This document shows positions 17,328 to 27,645 of a stretch of 64,000 nucleotides of DNA, one piece after another (within the stretch, counting starts at the first letter, position 1; every line of letters begins with the position of its first letter). The notes below the pieces were generated by a model. The model was not told the origin of the DNA. It saw nothing but the letters and a program-made list of their open reading frames with translations, and did no database searches. Location: positions 84,087 through 148,086 of the forward strand of contig CAXFOB010000039.1 in the NCBI GenBank assembly GCA_964004625.1. Direction: 5' to 3'. A program made the position numbers and the translations under genes. The DNA comes from an uncultured Flavobacteriales bacterium. Its GTDB lineage: Bacteria > Bacteroidota > Bacteroidia > Flavobacteriales > BACL11.

Positions 17328-19022
17328 TTACGATTTTAATTTTAAAATCTGCTTTTCAATAGTTTCATCTTCAATCTTAGCAAAAAGTAAATTAGCTTTA
17401 TCAATTGATGTTCCCGCATGCAAATTCTGTTTTCTTGCATCCTCCCAACATAAATCTGAAATATTCAACATTTCTTTTAATGTGTTTGATGAGAAAGGTA
17501 GAAACGGTTCTGACAAAATAGATAATGAAGCTGCTACTTGTAGAGCAATATTCATAATTGTTTTTGTTCTATTTTCATCTGTTTTCTTCAGTTTCCAAGG
17601 TTCAGTATCTGCCAAATATTTATTACCCAATCTTGCTAAATTCATTAATTCGTGTAAAGCTTCTCTAAATCTATATTTTTCTATTGACGACCCAATAAGT
17701 TGTGGATACTTGGATAAGCTTTCAAGAACTTCCTTATCATATTCATTTAAAGCACATTGTTCCGGAATAACTCCATCCCAATACTTATTAGTTAAAACCA
17801 CCACCCTATTTATAAAGTTACCATAAATAGCAACTAATTCATTATTGTTTCTTGCCTGAAAATCTGACCAAGTAAAGTCGGTATCTTTGCTTTCGGGGGC
17901 TGTAGCACATAAGGAATATCTAAGAGAATCCTCCTGCCCTTTAAATTCTTCTAGGTATTCATGAAGCCAAATAGCCCAATTTCTGGAAGTGGATAACTTT
18001 TCCCCTTCCAGATTTAAAAACTCATTTGCAGGAACATTGGTTGGTAGGTTAAAATTTTTATTTAGTTTTAATATAATTGGAAATATAATACAATGAAAAA
18101 CTATATTATCTTTCCCAATAAAATGTATTAGTTCAGAAGAATCATTTTTCCAATAATCCTCCCAGTTTTTATCGTTATCCTTAGCCCATTTTTTTGTCGC
18201 AGAAATATATCCAATTGGAGCATCCATCCATACATACAAAACCTTTCCCTCTTCACCTTCTAAAGGAACCTCTACTCCCCAATCTAAATCTCTAGTCATA
18301 GCTCTTTCTTTAAGCCCTCCATCAATCCAGGATTTACATTGTCCTAAAACTTGATTTTTCCAATTTTTAGGATCATGATGATTCTCGCCATCAAGAAGAC
18401 CATTTTCTATCCAGTCTTTAAGCCAATTTTCATGATCTTGCATCGGTAGATACCAATGAGAAGTTTCTTTTTTTATAGGACTATTTCCGCTTAGTGTAGA
18501 TTTAGGGTTAATTAGTTCATCAGGACTTAAAGTGCTACCACATTTTTCACATTGATCTCCATATGCATGATCATGGCCACATTTGGGACAAATCCCTGTA
18601 ATATATCTATCCGCAAGAAATTGTTTATTCTCTTCATCATAAAATTGCTGACTAACTTTTTTAGTCAATCTATTATTGTTTTTTAAATTCATAAAAATTT
18701 CTTTGGCAGTTTCATGATGTAAATCTGAGCTTGTTCTGTGATAGATACTAAAACTAATTCCAAAATCTTTAAAAGCTTGTTTATTAATTTTATGATATTT
18801 GTCTACGATTTCCTTAGCGGTAACACCATCTTTTTTAGCTCTTAATGTTATGGCTGCTCCATGTTCATCAGAACCGCAAATAAAAACAACATCGTTCCCT
18901 TTCAATTTTTGATATCTCACAAATATATCTGCTGGAAGATATGCTCCTGCAATATGGCCAATATGTAAAGGTCCATTTGCATATGGTAAGGCGGAAGTTA
19001 CCGTAAATCTTTTTTTATTCAT
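17328..19022 (-). CDS. metG: methionine--tRNA ligase (short form, 564 aa)
   Basis: [13 protein letters not shown] (HIGH motif), zinc knuckles CPKCG...CEKCG, and KLSTS (KMSKS equivalent). Confidence 0.92.
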   Translation of the reverse strand: MNKKRFTVTSALPYANGPLHIGHIAGAYLPADIFVRYQKLKGNDVVFICGSDEHGAAITLRAKKDGVTAKEIVDKYHKINKQAFKDFGISFSIYHRTSSDLHHETAKEIFMNLKNNNRLTKKVSQQFYDEENKQFLADRYITGICPKCGHDHAYGDQCEKCGSTLSPDELINPKSTLSGNSPIKKETSHWYLPMQDHENWLKDWIENGLLDGENHHDPKNWKNQVLGQCKSWIDGGLKERAMTRDLDWGVEVPLEGEEGKVLYVWMDAPIGYISATKKWAKDNDKNWEDYWKNDSSELIHFIGKDNIVFHCIIFPIILKLNKNFNLPTNVPANEFLNLEGEKLSTSRNWAIWLHEYLEEFKGQEDSLRYSLCATAPESKDTDFTWSDFQARNNNELVAIYGNFINRVVVLTNKYWDGVIPEQCALNEYDKEVLESLSKYPQLIGSSIEKYRFREALHELMNLARLGNKYLADTEPWKLKKTDENRTKTIMNIALQVAASLSILSEPFLPFSSNTLKEMLNISDLCWEDARKQNLHAGTSIDKANLLFAKIEDETIEKQILKLKS

Positions 19023-19313
19023 TTATTTTTTTAAAACCGTTGGGACTTTAAAGTAGTCTGAATCTTTTTGGGGAGCATTTTTAAGAGCATCTTCTTGAGA
19101 AGTAGACATAGCAACCTCATCAGATCGTAATACATTTTCTTCATCACTTAAATAAATTAAAGGTTCTATACCTTCTGTATCTAACTCAGTTAATTTATCT
19201 ACAAAAGCAAGAATTTTTTTAAAATCCTCTATCATTTTTTCATTAGAAAAATCATCAAATTGTAGCTTGGAAAGCTTAGCAATATCTTGTATAAGTTTGT
19301 TATTAACTTCCAT
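19023..19313 (-). CDS. gatC: Asp-tRNA(Asn)/Glu-tRNA(Gln) amidotransferase subunit C
   Basis: 96 aa. IQDIAKLSKLQFDDFSNEKMIEDFKKILAFVDKLTELDTEGIEPL is typical of GatC. Its stop abuts the metG start. Confidence 0.85.
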   Translation of the reverse strand: MEVNNKLIQDIAKLSKLQFDDFSNEKMIEDFKKILAFVDKLTELDTEGIEPLIYLSDEENVLRSDEVAMSTSQEDALKNAPQKDSDYFKVPTVLKK

Positions 19314-20040
19314 AAATTTTTAATTGTTCAAAAATAGTATTGTATGCTGAAGTATTCAAACTTTCTACAGCATTTTTATCTTCTGTATTTGCTTTTATTG
19401 GTTTGTGCACTTTTACTCTAACAATACCAGGATATCCTCTATAATATTCTTGAGGAAAGTTCTTTTTATTATCTAATAGGGTAATAGGGACTATAAAGAT
19501 GTCCTTTTCTACCGCTAGTTTAAATGGACCATTCTTAAATTTCTTTAAAAATATTTTTGCCGGAGGAATACCTCCTTCCGGGAAAATACAAACATTTAAT
19601 CCTTTATCTAGTTTTTCTCCCGCTTTTAAAAATGCAGCATAACTATCTCTGATTTTACTTCTATCAACAATTATTGAATTCTTTCTATAGAAATATCCAA
19701 ATAATGGGATAGAAACTAATTCTTTTTTCCCCATAAATAGCATTGGTAACGGTATCGCGGCAGTTACTAATGGAATATCTAAAGTAGAAGCATGGTTTGG
19801 ACAAAATATATATTTTCTTTTAGGGTCTAACTTTTCTTCAAATTCAACTGTCCAAAATACACCTGACATGATCATAAACATTCCAGACCAATATTTTGTA
19901 AGATAATTTACAACCAAGTTATTTTTGACAATAGCTGTGAAGAAAAATAAAGTAGGAATAAAAACTATAAATGCAATTATAAATGAAATTAAAAACCATA
20001 ACCTCCAAATAGAACTAAAAAGATATCTTATCCATTTCAT
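19303..20040 (-). CDS. plsC: 1-acyl-sn-glycerol-3-phosphate acyltransferase family protein
   Basis: HX4D motif NHASTLD and FPEGG motif, with an N-terminal TM segment. Overlaps gatC by 11 nt. Confidence 0.8.
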   Translation of the reverse strand: MKWIRYLFSSIWRLWFLISFIIAFIVFIPTLFFFTAIVKNNLVVNYLTKYWSGMFMIMSGVFWTVEFEEKLDPKRKYIFCPNHASTLDIPLVTAAIPLPMLFMGKKELVSIPLFGYFYRKNSIIVDRSKIRDSYAAFLKAGEKLDKGLNVCIFPEGGIPPAKIFLKKFKNGPFKLAVEKDIFIVPITLLDNKKNFPQEYYRGYPGIVRVKVHKPIKANTEDKNAVESLNTSAYNTIFEQLKIYGS

Positions 20041-20044
20041 TAGG

Positions 20045-20052
20045 CAAAGATA
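20045..20052 (-). promoter_or_regulatory. -7 promoter box for the plsC-gatC-metG operon (near-leaderless geometry)
   Basis: TATCTTTG on the - strand. Only 4 nt separate its G from the plsC ATG at 20040. Confidence 0.5.
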
Positions 20053-20088
20053 AAAATCCTATTTTTACAGCATCAAATTTTAAAATAA

Positions 20089-21057
20089 ATGGCCAGAATA
20101 CTTACAGGAATACAAAGCACAGGAACTCCTCATCTAGGAAATTTATTAGGAGCTATTATTCCTGCAATTGAGTTATCTAAACAAAAAGATAGTGAAAGTC
20201 TATTTTTTATAGCTGATTTACATTCATTTACTACAATAAGAAATGCGGATGTATTAAGAAACAATACTTATGCCACTGCTGCAGCTTGGATTGCTTTTGG
20301 ATTTGATACGACAAAAAATTTATTTTATAGACAATCGGATGTTTCAGAAGTAACAGAACTCACGTGGTATTTAAATTGTTTTACTCCTTATCAGAGGTTA
20401 CTGTTGGCTCATTCATTTAAAGATAAATCAGATAGATTGTCAGAAGTTAATACAGGATTATTTACCTATCCTGTACTTATGGCTGCCGACATATTATTGT
20501 ATGATGCGGAAATAGTCCCAGTTGGGAAAGACCAGGTACAACATTTGGAAATTACTCGAGATATTGCAAGTAGATTTAATCATAAATTCCCTAATTCTTT
20601 TGTCCTTCCTGAAACAAAAGTAGATGAAAGAGTTATGATTATACCTGGAACAGATGGTCAAAAGATGTCTAAATCTTACGATAATTTTATTGATATTTTT
20701 CTCCCAGATAAAAAGTTAAGGAAGCAAATCATGGGAATTCAAACAGATTCTACAGCATTAGAAGACCCGAAAGATGCTGAAAATTGTAATGTATTTAAGA
20801 TTTATAAATTAATAGCTTCAGAGAAACAAACCTCTGAGTTAAAGAGAAGGTATGAATTGGGAAATTTTGGTTATGGCCATGCTAAACAGGAACTTTTTGA
20901 ACTCATTTGCGATAAATTTAATGAAGAAAGAGAGAAGTTTAATTATCTTATGGAAAATAAAGATATTCTAGATTTAGAACTTTCAAAAGGAGCTAAAAAA
21001 GCAAGGTTTATTGCCCAAGAGGTGTTACAAAGAGTAAGACAGAATATCGGATACTGA
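20089..21057 (+). CDS. trpS: tryptophan--tRNA ligase
   Basis: TGIQSTGTPHLGNLLGAI (HIGH-type motif), the KMSKS motif, and length 322 aa. Confidence 0.92.
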   Translation: MARILTGIQSTGTPHLGNLLGAIIPAIELSKQKDSESLFFIADLHSFTTIRNADVLRNNTYATAAAWIAFGFDTTKNLFYRQSDVSEVTELTWYLNCFTPYQRLLLAHSFKDKSDRLSEVNTGLFTYPVLMAADILLYDAEIVPVGKDQVQHLEITRDIASRFNHKFPNSFVLPETKVDERVMIIPGTDGQKMSKSYDNFIDIFLPDKKLRKQIMGIQTDSTALEDPKDAENCNVFKIYKLIASEKQTSELKRRYELGNFGYGHAKQELFELICDKFNEEREKFNYLMENKDILDLELSKGAKKARFIAQEVLQRVRQNIGY

Positions 21058-21058
21058 A

Positions 21059-21481
21059 ATGGATAAAAGAATAGTTAAATTTATTAAAGATCATCATGTG
21101 CTTACTTTGGCTACTTCTTCTAATAACTTAGCCTATTGTTGTAATGTTTATTATGTGTATAATGATCAAAATAATTTCTTAATATTTTCTTCTGATATAT
21201 CAACAAAACATGTAAAAGAATTCATACAGAATCCAAATGTTGCTGGAGCTATACATTTAGAAACTAAAGCGATTGAAAAAATACAAGGAGTTCAATTATT
21301 AGGCACTGTCTCGGAATTGAATGGAGAAGAACTGAACATCGCCAAAAAGTTATATGTAGATACCTTCCCTTATGCAGAAAGGATGCAGCTCCATTTATGG
21401 AAAATGAAATTAAAATTTATAAAAATGACAAATAATCAAATTGGATTTGGGAAGAAACTGATTTGGGGGAAAATTAATTAA
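21059..21481 (+). CDS. pyridoxamine 5'-phosphate oxidase-like (YhbP/UPF0306-type) FMN-binding family protein
   Basis: 140 aa. FIKDHHVLTLATSSNN...NVYYVY...LIFSSDISTKHV has the split-barrel family pattern. Lies 1 nt after the trpS stop. Confidence 0.6.
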   Translation: MDKRIVKFIKDHHVLTLATSSNNLAYCCNVYYVYNDQNNFLIFSSDISTKHVKEFIQNPNVAGAIHLETKAIEKIQGVQLLGTVSELNGEELNIAKKLYVDTFPYAERMQLHLWKMKLKFIKMTNNQIGFGKKLIWGKIN

Positions 21482-21496
21482 TTCAAACATAAAAAA

Positions 21497-22762
21497 TTAT
21501 CTATTCTTATATTTTTCATAGAGCTCTTTTTGGTGGTTGTTTAAATCCACAATATTTCCTTTTATAAAAGCTTGCTCTACATTGTTCCCAATCATATCCA
21601 AGGCATCTCCAGTACTAATAAAAAATGTAGCATCTTTTCCTGTTGCAATACTCCCAGAGTTTTTTTCGATCCCAAAAATAATAGATGTATTTAAGCTTAA
21701 GGCGGCAATAGCATGCTCATACTCTAATCCATAGGCTACCGCCGTTCCTGCAGTAAATGGAAGGTTTCTTGTTCCCATAGCTTCCATATCTCCATTGTAG
21801 GCAAAACAGAATAAAATTCCTTCATCTTGTAATTTCCTTGGTAAACTAAAATATTCATCAATAGGAGCATCTTCATTTGATGGCAAAGAATGTACTCTTT
21901 TTAATATTATAGGAACATTAAATTCTCTTAGGGTTGGTAGAGCATTTAATGCTCCTTTTGCTCCTACAATTACTACATTTTTTACTCCAACACTTTTAAA
22001 ATATCGGATAGATTCTCTAATTTCATTTGGATATCCTGCATTTACATATAGATTTTTTGTGCCGTTAAAGAGACCCTTCATTGCCTCTAATTCAATGTCT
22101 ATCTCTGTATTATGTTGATAATAAGATTGTGCTATTTCAAAATATTTTTTTATCTCTTCAACCCCTTTTTTATAGTCCTTATTTTTTGATGTACTTCCGG
22201 GTTGTGCCCACCATCCAGAAGTATAGTAAGCTGATGGCCAATTCAAATGGATCCCATCATCCGCTCTTAATTGAGCGTCCTCCCAATTCCACCCATCTAA
22301 AAACATAACAGATGATGATCCAGAAATTATTCCTCCTCTAGGAGTAGCTTGAGTTATTAGCACGCCATTAGTCCTAACTGTTTTTAAGATCTTAGAGTCG
22401 GTATTATATGCAATTAAAGATCGAACATTTGGATTAAACTTACCTACCTCATCAAAATCTTTAGTTGCTCTAACCGCATCAATTTCTGTCATACCTAAAG
22501 TATTATTTGGAGAAATAAATGCGGGATAAACATGTTTGCCATATATTTTTATAATCGTATCGAAAGCGGTAGGATCTATCCTGATTCTATTAGCATCTGC
22601 AACAATGTCAAACTTTCCATTTTTTACAACAATTACAGAATTCTCTATTCTTTCCCCAGTTCCTAAATGAGCAATTCCACCCAAATATAATATTGATTTT
22701 TGTGCTGAAATACCTAAGGAAAAACAGAACATAAATACTACATATATTAAATTTTGATTCAT
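21497..22762 (-). CDS. exported amidohydrolase-fold protein lacking the HxH metal motif
   Basis: I prefer the start MNQNLIYVVFMFCFSLGISAQ (signal peptide) at 22762. The amidohydrolase beta-1 position reads YPAFISPNNTLG where the canonical sequence is FIDxHxHxG. The C-terminus GKDATFFISTGDALD resembles the family motif G-x-DAD. Confidence 0.7.
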   Translation of the reverse strand: MNQNLIYVVFMFCFSLGISAQKSILYLGGIAHLGTGERIENSVIVVKNGKFDIVADANRIRIDPTAFDTIIKIYGKHVYPAFISPNNTLGMTEIDAVRATKDFDEVGKFNPNVRSLIAYNTDSKILKTVRTNGVLITQATPRGGIISGSSSVMFLDGWNWEDAQLRADDGIHLNWPSAYYTSGWWAQPGSTSKNKDYKKGVEEIKKYFEIAQSYYQHNTEIDIELEAMKGLFNGTKNLYVNAGYPNEIRESIRYFKSVGVKNVVIVGAKGALNALPTLREFNVPIILKRVHSLPSNEDAPIDEYFSLPRKLQDEGILFCFAYNGDMEAMGTRNLPFTAGTAVAYGLEYEHAIAALSLNTSIIFGIEKNSGSIATGKDATFFISTGDALDMIGNNVEQAFIKGNIVDLNNHQKELYEKYKNR

Positions 22763-22778
22763 AGTCTTAAATTTATAT

Positions 22779-25700
22779 TTAGTGACAAATGTGTTTTCCT
22801 GTATGACCCTCTCCTTCAATTGTATTGCAGTGATAATATTTTTCCTCTACAAATTCTACTTTTTGAGATTTTTGATCAGTATTCCCATTAATCATTTTAT
22901 TAATAATTCTCATTTTTTCTTTAATATCCCTTTCCATTAGTTTCTCATTTTTTTCTTTATCAAATAATAATCTTCCATCTACATAAGTTTTTTCCGCCTT
23001 AGTATATACAGAAAGAGGATGTCCATCCCATATAACTATATCTGCATCTTTTCCAATTTTTATACTTCCCATTTTATCATCAAGATGAAGAAGTTTTGCA
23101 GGATTTAATGTTACCATTTTCCACGCGTCTTCTTCGGAAGTCCCCCCATATTTTACCGCTTTTGCAGCTTCCTGATTTAATCTTCTTCCCATTTCTGCGT
23201 CATCCGAGTTGATTGCAGTTACTACTCCTTTATTATTGAGGATAGTAGCATTATATGGTATAGCGTCATTTACTTCAAACTTATAGGCCCACCAATCAGA
23301 GAAGGTGCTCGCTCCCGCTTCATGTTCTTTTAACTCGTTAGTAAGTTTATACCCTTCTAAAATATGAGTAAAGGTATTAATGGTAAAACCCATTGAATCA
23401 GCAACATGCATCAACATATTTATTTCAGACTGAACATAAGAATGACAGGTAATGAATCTCTTAGAGTTTAAGATTTCGACTAAAGCATTTAATTCTAAAT
23501 CTTCTCTTGGAGGAGAAGTTTTTCTTTTCTTAAAGATAAGGAGACTATTATATTTATCCCAAGCGTCTTGATATGCTCTTGCTCTGTAAAACGCGTCATA
23601 AAAAACTTGTTCTACCCCCATTCTGGTTTGAGGGAAACGAATAGTGTTAAAATTACCCCAATTAGATTGTTTTACATTTTCACCCAGAGCAAATTTAATA
23701 AAACCGTCCGCACCCTTTATTTTCATTTCTTCTGCAGAACTCCCCCATCTTAATTTAATAAGTGCTGACTGACCACCAATAGGATTAGCAGATCCGTGTA
23801 ATAACTGAACTGCGGTAACTCCCCCAGATAACTGACGATAAATATTATGATCATTTGGATTGATTACATCTCCAATACTTACTTCCGCGGTTACTGATTG
23901 ACTGCTCTCATTAACTCCTCTACTGATAGCAATGTGAGAATGTTCATCAATAATTCCACAGGTAATATGTTTGTTTGAACCATCAATAATTTGTACTTGA
24001 ATTTTTGATTTTGGAAATACCATCTCTATCGTAAGATCTTTCCCAATAGCAATAATTTTTCCATCATTGATTGCTATATCTGTATTTTCTAAAATTCCTT
24101 CTTCTTCATTAGTCCAAATAGTTGCATGCTTAATAATAGTTGGAACTGATACTATTTCATATGCATTTCCATAAGATTTATTTGGAGTCCAAATTGCAGG
24201 AATAATAGTGTCATATTCTATTTTAAAATCCTTTTTCTTTTCTGTTATTAACGAATCTCTAGACATGGTAAATTCAATATTTTCCCCATTCAAATTTTGA
24301 TATTTACCTTTGAACAATCCATCTATAAAATCCGCTGAAGCTCTTTTGGATATGTTTTTTGTATTAAAAACTATGTTATTGTCATCTTTAGTAACCTCAT
24401 AAGATACTGATATTGTATCTGAGATTATCTCTACCATTTTTGGTTTATCAATAGATCCAGATATAAAAATGTTTTTAGTTTCATTTTCAGATTTAAAAGT
24501 ATAGTGTCCTCTAATATCAATATCGTCTTTTATATTTATAATATTTTGTCTTCCACTTGTCCAATTTTCATAAATTTTTCCATCTTCAAAAATGTCAGAA
24601 CTGCAGATAATGAAGTTTGCTTTTTTTCCTTTTTCAAGAGTTCCTAGTATGTTTTCGCCTCCAACCAATTCTGCTGGGTTAATGGTTAGTGCGCGTAAAG
24701 CATCTTCTTTGGAAAGACCTTTTTCAATTGTTGTTCTAAGGTTTTTTATAAAATCTCTATGATCTTCTAAATCAGACATTGTGAAACAAAATTTTATAGA
24801 ATTCTCAGATAAAATCCTGGAGTTAAAAGGAGCTGTTTCCCAATGCTTTAATTTGGAGAGTGTAATTATATCACTTTCTTGAGGGTTTTTAATTTCATAT
24901 TTTAAAGGGTAATTTAAAGGTAATATTATTGAAAAATTATAAGATTTCAATTCTTCAATTCTTTGATATTCTTTTCCATTTCCTTTTACAATAAAATCAA
25001 TCTCAAACTCATCTGATATTTTATAAATCCTACTATAGTCTGTTACTAAATTAGATTCAAAAACATGAGGAAGATCCATTTGCTCATTAAATGCATTGAA
25101 AGATAAATTAGTTGTTTTATTATTATTCTTATGCCAGTAAGCATCTAAAAAAAGTTGTTTTAAAAGAGCTACGCTTCCCATCAGAGAAGTTGGATATCTC
25201 TGCCTAGAGACTCCCTTGTTAAATGAAAAAAATGAAGCAGCTTTTTCAGAAAGGATACTGTTTTGTTCCTTCTCATTAGATAACGAAACTAAGCACCCTG
25301 TTCCTCTAGATATTCCGTCTTGTTGGTGTGTTAATACTACTCCAAAACCAGATTTCAAATAATTTTCAGTTTGTTTTTCGTTATATGTAAATCGATCCAC
25401 TGCATTTATTTCTGGGTGAATTGATTCATTCCAATGATATGCCCCTTCTTTTTTACTGTCATATTGGGGACGATAAACATATTCTCCTTTTGGTGGTTTT
25501 ATTAATCCATAATCTGAATATAAATCAATAAAAGAAGGATATATATAATCTCCTTTCATATCTTTAATAATTGCCCCTTCTGGAATTGAAACAATACTAT
25601 CGACTGCAAGTATTTTATCCTCCTGAATTAAAAGAGTTCCATTTCTAAATTTTTTGTCAGGAGAAACAATTAAATGTGCATTTGTAAAAGCATAAATAGG

Positions 25701-25796
25701 TGCAAAAGTAGATTTCACTCCGTTTTCCGGGAAACTCTCTTGAGCGAATGCGGGTGGTATTATTACTAGTAAAAGTATAATTTTTATAAACTTCAT
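22779..25796 (-). CDS. exported 1005-aa two-module amidohydrolase family protein
   Basis: Signal peptide MKFIKIILLLVIIPPAFAQ. The C-terminal module has GIIDEHSHIAISRG (HxH), further conserved His residues, and GKDADIVIWDGHPLS. The N-terminal module has YPSFIDLYSDYG (no HxH) and KKANFIICSSDIFE. Confidence 0.8.
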   Translation of the reverse strand: MKFIKIILLLVIIPPAFAQESFPENGVKSTFAPIYAFTNAHLIVSPDKKFRNGTLLIQEDKILAVDSIVSIPEGAIIKDMKGDYIYPSFIDLYSDYGLIKPPKGEYVYRPQYDSKKEGAYHWNESIHPEINAVDRFTYNEKQTENYLKSGFGVVLTHQQDGISRGTGCLVSLSNEKEQNSILSEKAASFFSFNKGVSRQRYPTSLMGSVALLKQLFLDAYWHKNNNKTTNLSFNAFNEQMDLPHVFESNLVTDYSRIYKISDEFEIDFIVKGNGKEYQRIEELKSYNFSIILPLNYPLKYEIKNPQESDIITLSKLKHWETAPFNSRILSENSIKFCFTMSDLEDHRDFIKNLRTTIEKGLSKEDALRALTINPAELVGGENILGTLEKGKKANFIICSSDIFEDGKIYENWTSGRQNIINIKDDIDIRGHYTFKSENETKNIFISGSIDKPKMVEIISDTISVSYEVTKDDNNIVFNTKNISKRASADFIDGLFKGKYQNLNGENIEFTMSRDSLITEKKKDFKIEYDTIIPAIWTPNKSYGNAYEIVSVPTIIKHATIWTNEEEGILENTDIAINDGKIIAIGKDLTIEMVFPKSKIQVQIIDGSNKHITCGIIDEHSHIAISRGVNESSQSVTAEVSIGDVINPNDHNIYRQLSGGVTAVQLLHGSANPIGGQSALIKLRWGSSAEEMKIKGADGFIKFALGENVKQSNWGNFNTIRFPQTRMGVEQVFYDAFYRARAYQDAWDKYNSLLIFKKRKTSPPREDLELNALVEILNSKRFITCHSYVQSEINMLMHVADSMGFTINTFTHILEGYKLTNELKEHEAGASTFSDWWAYKFEVNDAIPYNATILNNKGVVTAINSDDAEMGRRLNQEAAKAVKYGGTSEEDAWKMVTLNPAKLLHLDDKMGSIKIGKDADIVIWDGHPLSVYTKAEKTYVDGRLLFDKEKNEKLMERDIKEKMRIINKMINGNTDQKSQKVEFVEEKYYHCNTIEGEGHTGKHICH

Positions 25797-25872
25797 ATTT
25801 TAAATATTAAAGGCGCAATTTACCAATTTTTAACAAACTAAATTTTGTTTCTTTGCATCATATTAAAAAAAC

Positions 25873-26073
25873 ATGAAAAATTTTCTTTCATTAATAACCC
25901 CCAAATTTATTTCTGATAGCTTACAGATATATAGAAAATCTGGTTTTAAAGGTCTTATTAAAGAGAAGGGGTGGAAGTTTGTTTTCTTTTTTTTCATGTT
26001 TTATTTAATCAGAGATTCCATTATATATATTTTGATACCATATTTAATTGGTAAGCCAATTTTTAATTGGTAA
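25873..26073 (+). CDS. small hypothetical membrane protein (66 aa)
   Basis: One clear hydrophobic segment (WKFVFFFFMFYLIRDSIIYILIPYLIG). No recognisable family. Confidence 0.4.
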   Translation: MKNFLSLITPKFISDSLQIYRKSGFKGLIKEKGWKFVFFFFMFYLIRDSIIYILIPYLIGKPIFNW

Positions 26074-26103
26074 ATTAATTTTTAATAATTTTGTAAAAAA
26101 AAA

Positions 26104-26472
26104 ATGATGAAAACATATCAGGCTAATCTAATCAATAGTTTAACATTAATTTTAATGCCAATTTGGGCTTACCTTACTTTTGAAGCGACAGCTGAAAAGC
26201 CAGAGCAATCAATAACAGCTTTGATTCCTCTATTTTTGGGAGTCATATTATTATTATTTCATAAAGGAGTAAAAAATAATAATAAAATAATCGCTCATCT
26301 GGCTGTTTTGATTACCTTAATAGCTATTGCTGGTAACGCGTCAAAACCATTAATTTCTGCGATAGAAGAGGGTAGAACTCTTGGTATTGTTAGAACATCC
26401 TTAATGATTTTAACATCAGTAATTGCAATGATAACATTTGTAAAAAGCTTTGTACAAGCAAGAAGGAAATAA
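26104..26472 (+). CDS. hypothetical membrane protein with about four predicted TM segments (122 aa)
   Basis: About four hydrophobic segments. No recognisable family. Lies 6 nt upstream of hflX. Confidence 0.55.
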   Translation: MMKTYQANLINSLTLILMPIWAYLTFEATAEKPEQSITALIPLFLGVILLLFHKGVKNNNKIIAHLAVLITLIAIAGNASKPLISAIEEGRTLGIVRTSLMILTSVIAMITFVKSFVQARRK

Positions 26473-26478
26473 AATTAA

Positions 26479-27645
26479 TTGCAAGAGAAAGCGATCCTAA
26501 TAGGTTTAATTACCCCAGAAGTAACCCTAGAACTTGTTGAAGAATATTTATTAGAATTAGATTTTTTGGCCAGAACAGCTGGAGCTAAAACTGTAAAACA
26601 ATTTACTCAGAAATTACCACATCCGGATAATAAAACTTTTTTAGGGAAAGGAAAAACAGAAGAGGTTTGTGAGTTTGTAGAAGCCAATGAAATTGATATC
26701 ATAATTTTTGATGATGAGCTTTCTCCTTCTCAGTTACGAAACATTGAGAGAATTTATAAATGTAAGATATTAGATAGAAGCAACTTGATTCTTGATATTT
26801 TTGCCTCCCGAGCGCAAACGGCAAAAGCTCGTACTCAGGTAGAATTAGCTCAATATCAATACCTCTTACCGCGGTTAACCCGAATGTGGACTCACTTAGA
26901 AAGACAAAAAGGTGGTATTGGTATGAGAGGTCCTGGAGAAACACAAATCGAAACAGATAGAAGAATTATTAAAGATAAGATATCTCTCTTAAAAAAGAAA
27001 ATGGTAAAGATTGACAAGCAAGGATTTACCCAAAGACAAAGGAGAGAGCACTTAATTAGAGTTGCTTTAGTTGGTTATACTAATGCTGGGAAATCTACTT
27101 TAATGAATAGTTTGAGTAAGTCAGATATATTTGCGGAAAACAAGTTATTTGCTACACTTGATACAACTGTAAGAAAAGTAGTTTTTCAAAACCTTCCTTT
27201 TTTACTTGCGGATACTGTTGGATTTATCCGAAAGCTCCCACATCAACTTGTAGAATCCTTTAAGACAACTCTAGATGAGGTTAGAGAATCTGATTTATTA
27301 TTACATGTAGTAGATATTTCAAACGCTTCATTTGAAGATCATATAGACGTAGTTGAAAGAACAATAGCAGAGATTGGAGCTTCAGATATTCCTTCCTTGA
27401 TTGTTTTTAATAAGATTGACAAATATACATTTACTGCAAAGGCCGAAGATGATCTAACTCCGATGACTAAAGAAAATATTTCGTTAGAAGACTTGAAACA
27501 AACTTGGATGGCTAAATCCAACAATGATGCAATATTTATTTCGGCATTAAATAAAACTCATTTTGTAGAATTAAGATCCTTGCTATATGAAAGAATAAAG
27601 CAGTTACATATAAAAAGATATCCATATAATAATTTCTTATATTAG
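26479..27645 (+). CDS. hflX: GTPase HflX
   Basis: HflX N-domain (ILDIFASRAQTAKARTQVELAQYQYLLPRL, GGIGMRGPGETQIETDRR) plus the G-domain GYTNAGKST and DTVGF. TTG start. Confidence 0.92.
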   Translation: MQEKAILIGLITPEVTLELVEEYLLELDFLARTAGAKTVKQFTQKLPHPDNKTFLGKGKTEEVCEFVEANEIDIIIFDDELSPSQLRNIERIYKCKILDRSNLILDIFASRAQTAKARTQVELAQYQYLLPRLTRMWTHLERQKGGIGMRGPGETQIETDRRIIKDKISLLKKKMVKIDKQGFTQRQRREHLIRVALVGYTNAGKSTLMNSLSKSDIFAENKLFATLDTTVRKVVFQNLPFLLADTVGFIRKLPHQLVESFKTTLDEVRESDLLLHVVDISNASFEDHIDVVERTIAEIGASDIPSLIVFNKIDKYTFTAKAEDDLTPMTKENISLEDLKQTWMAKSNNDAIFISALNKTHFVELRSLLYERIKQLHIKRYPYNNFLY

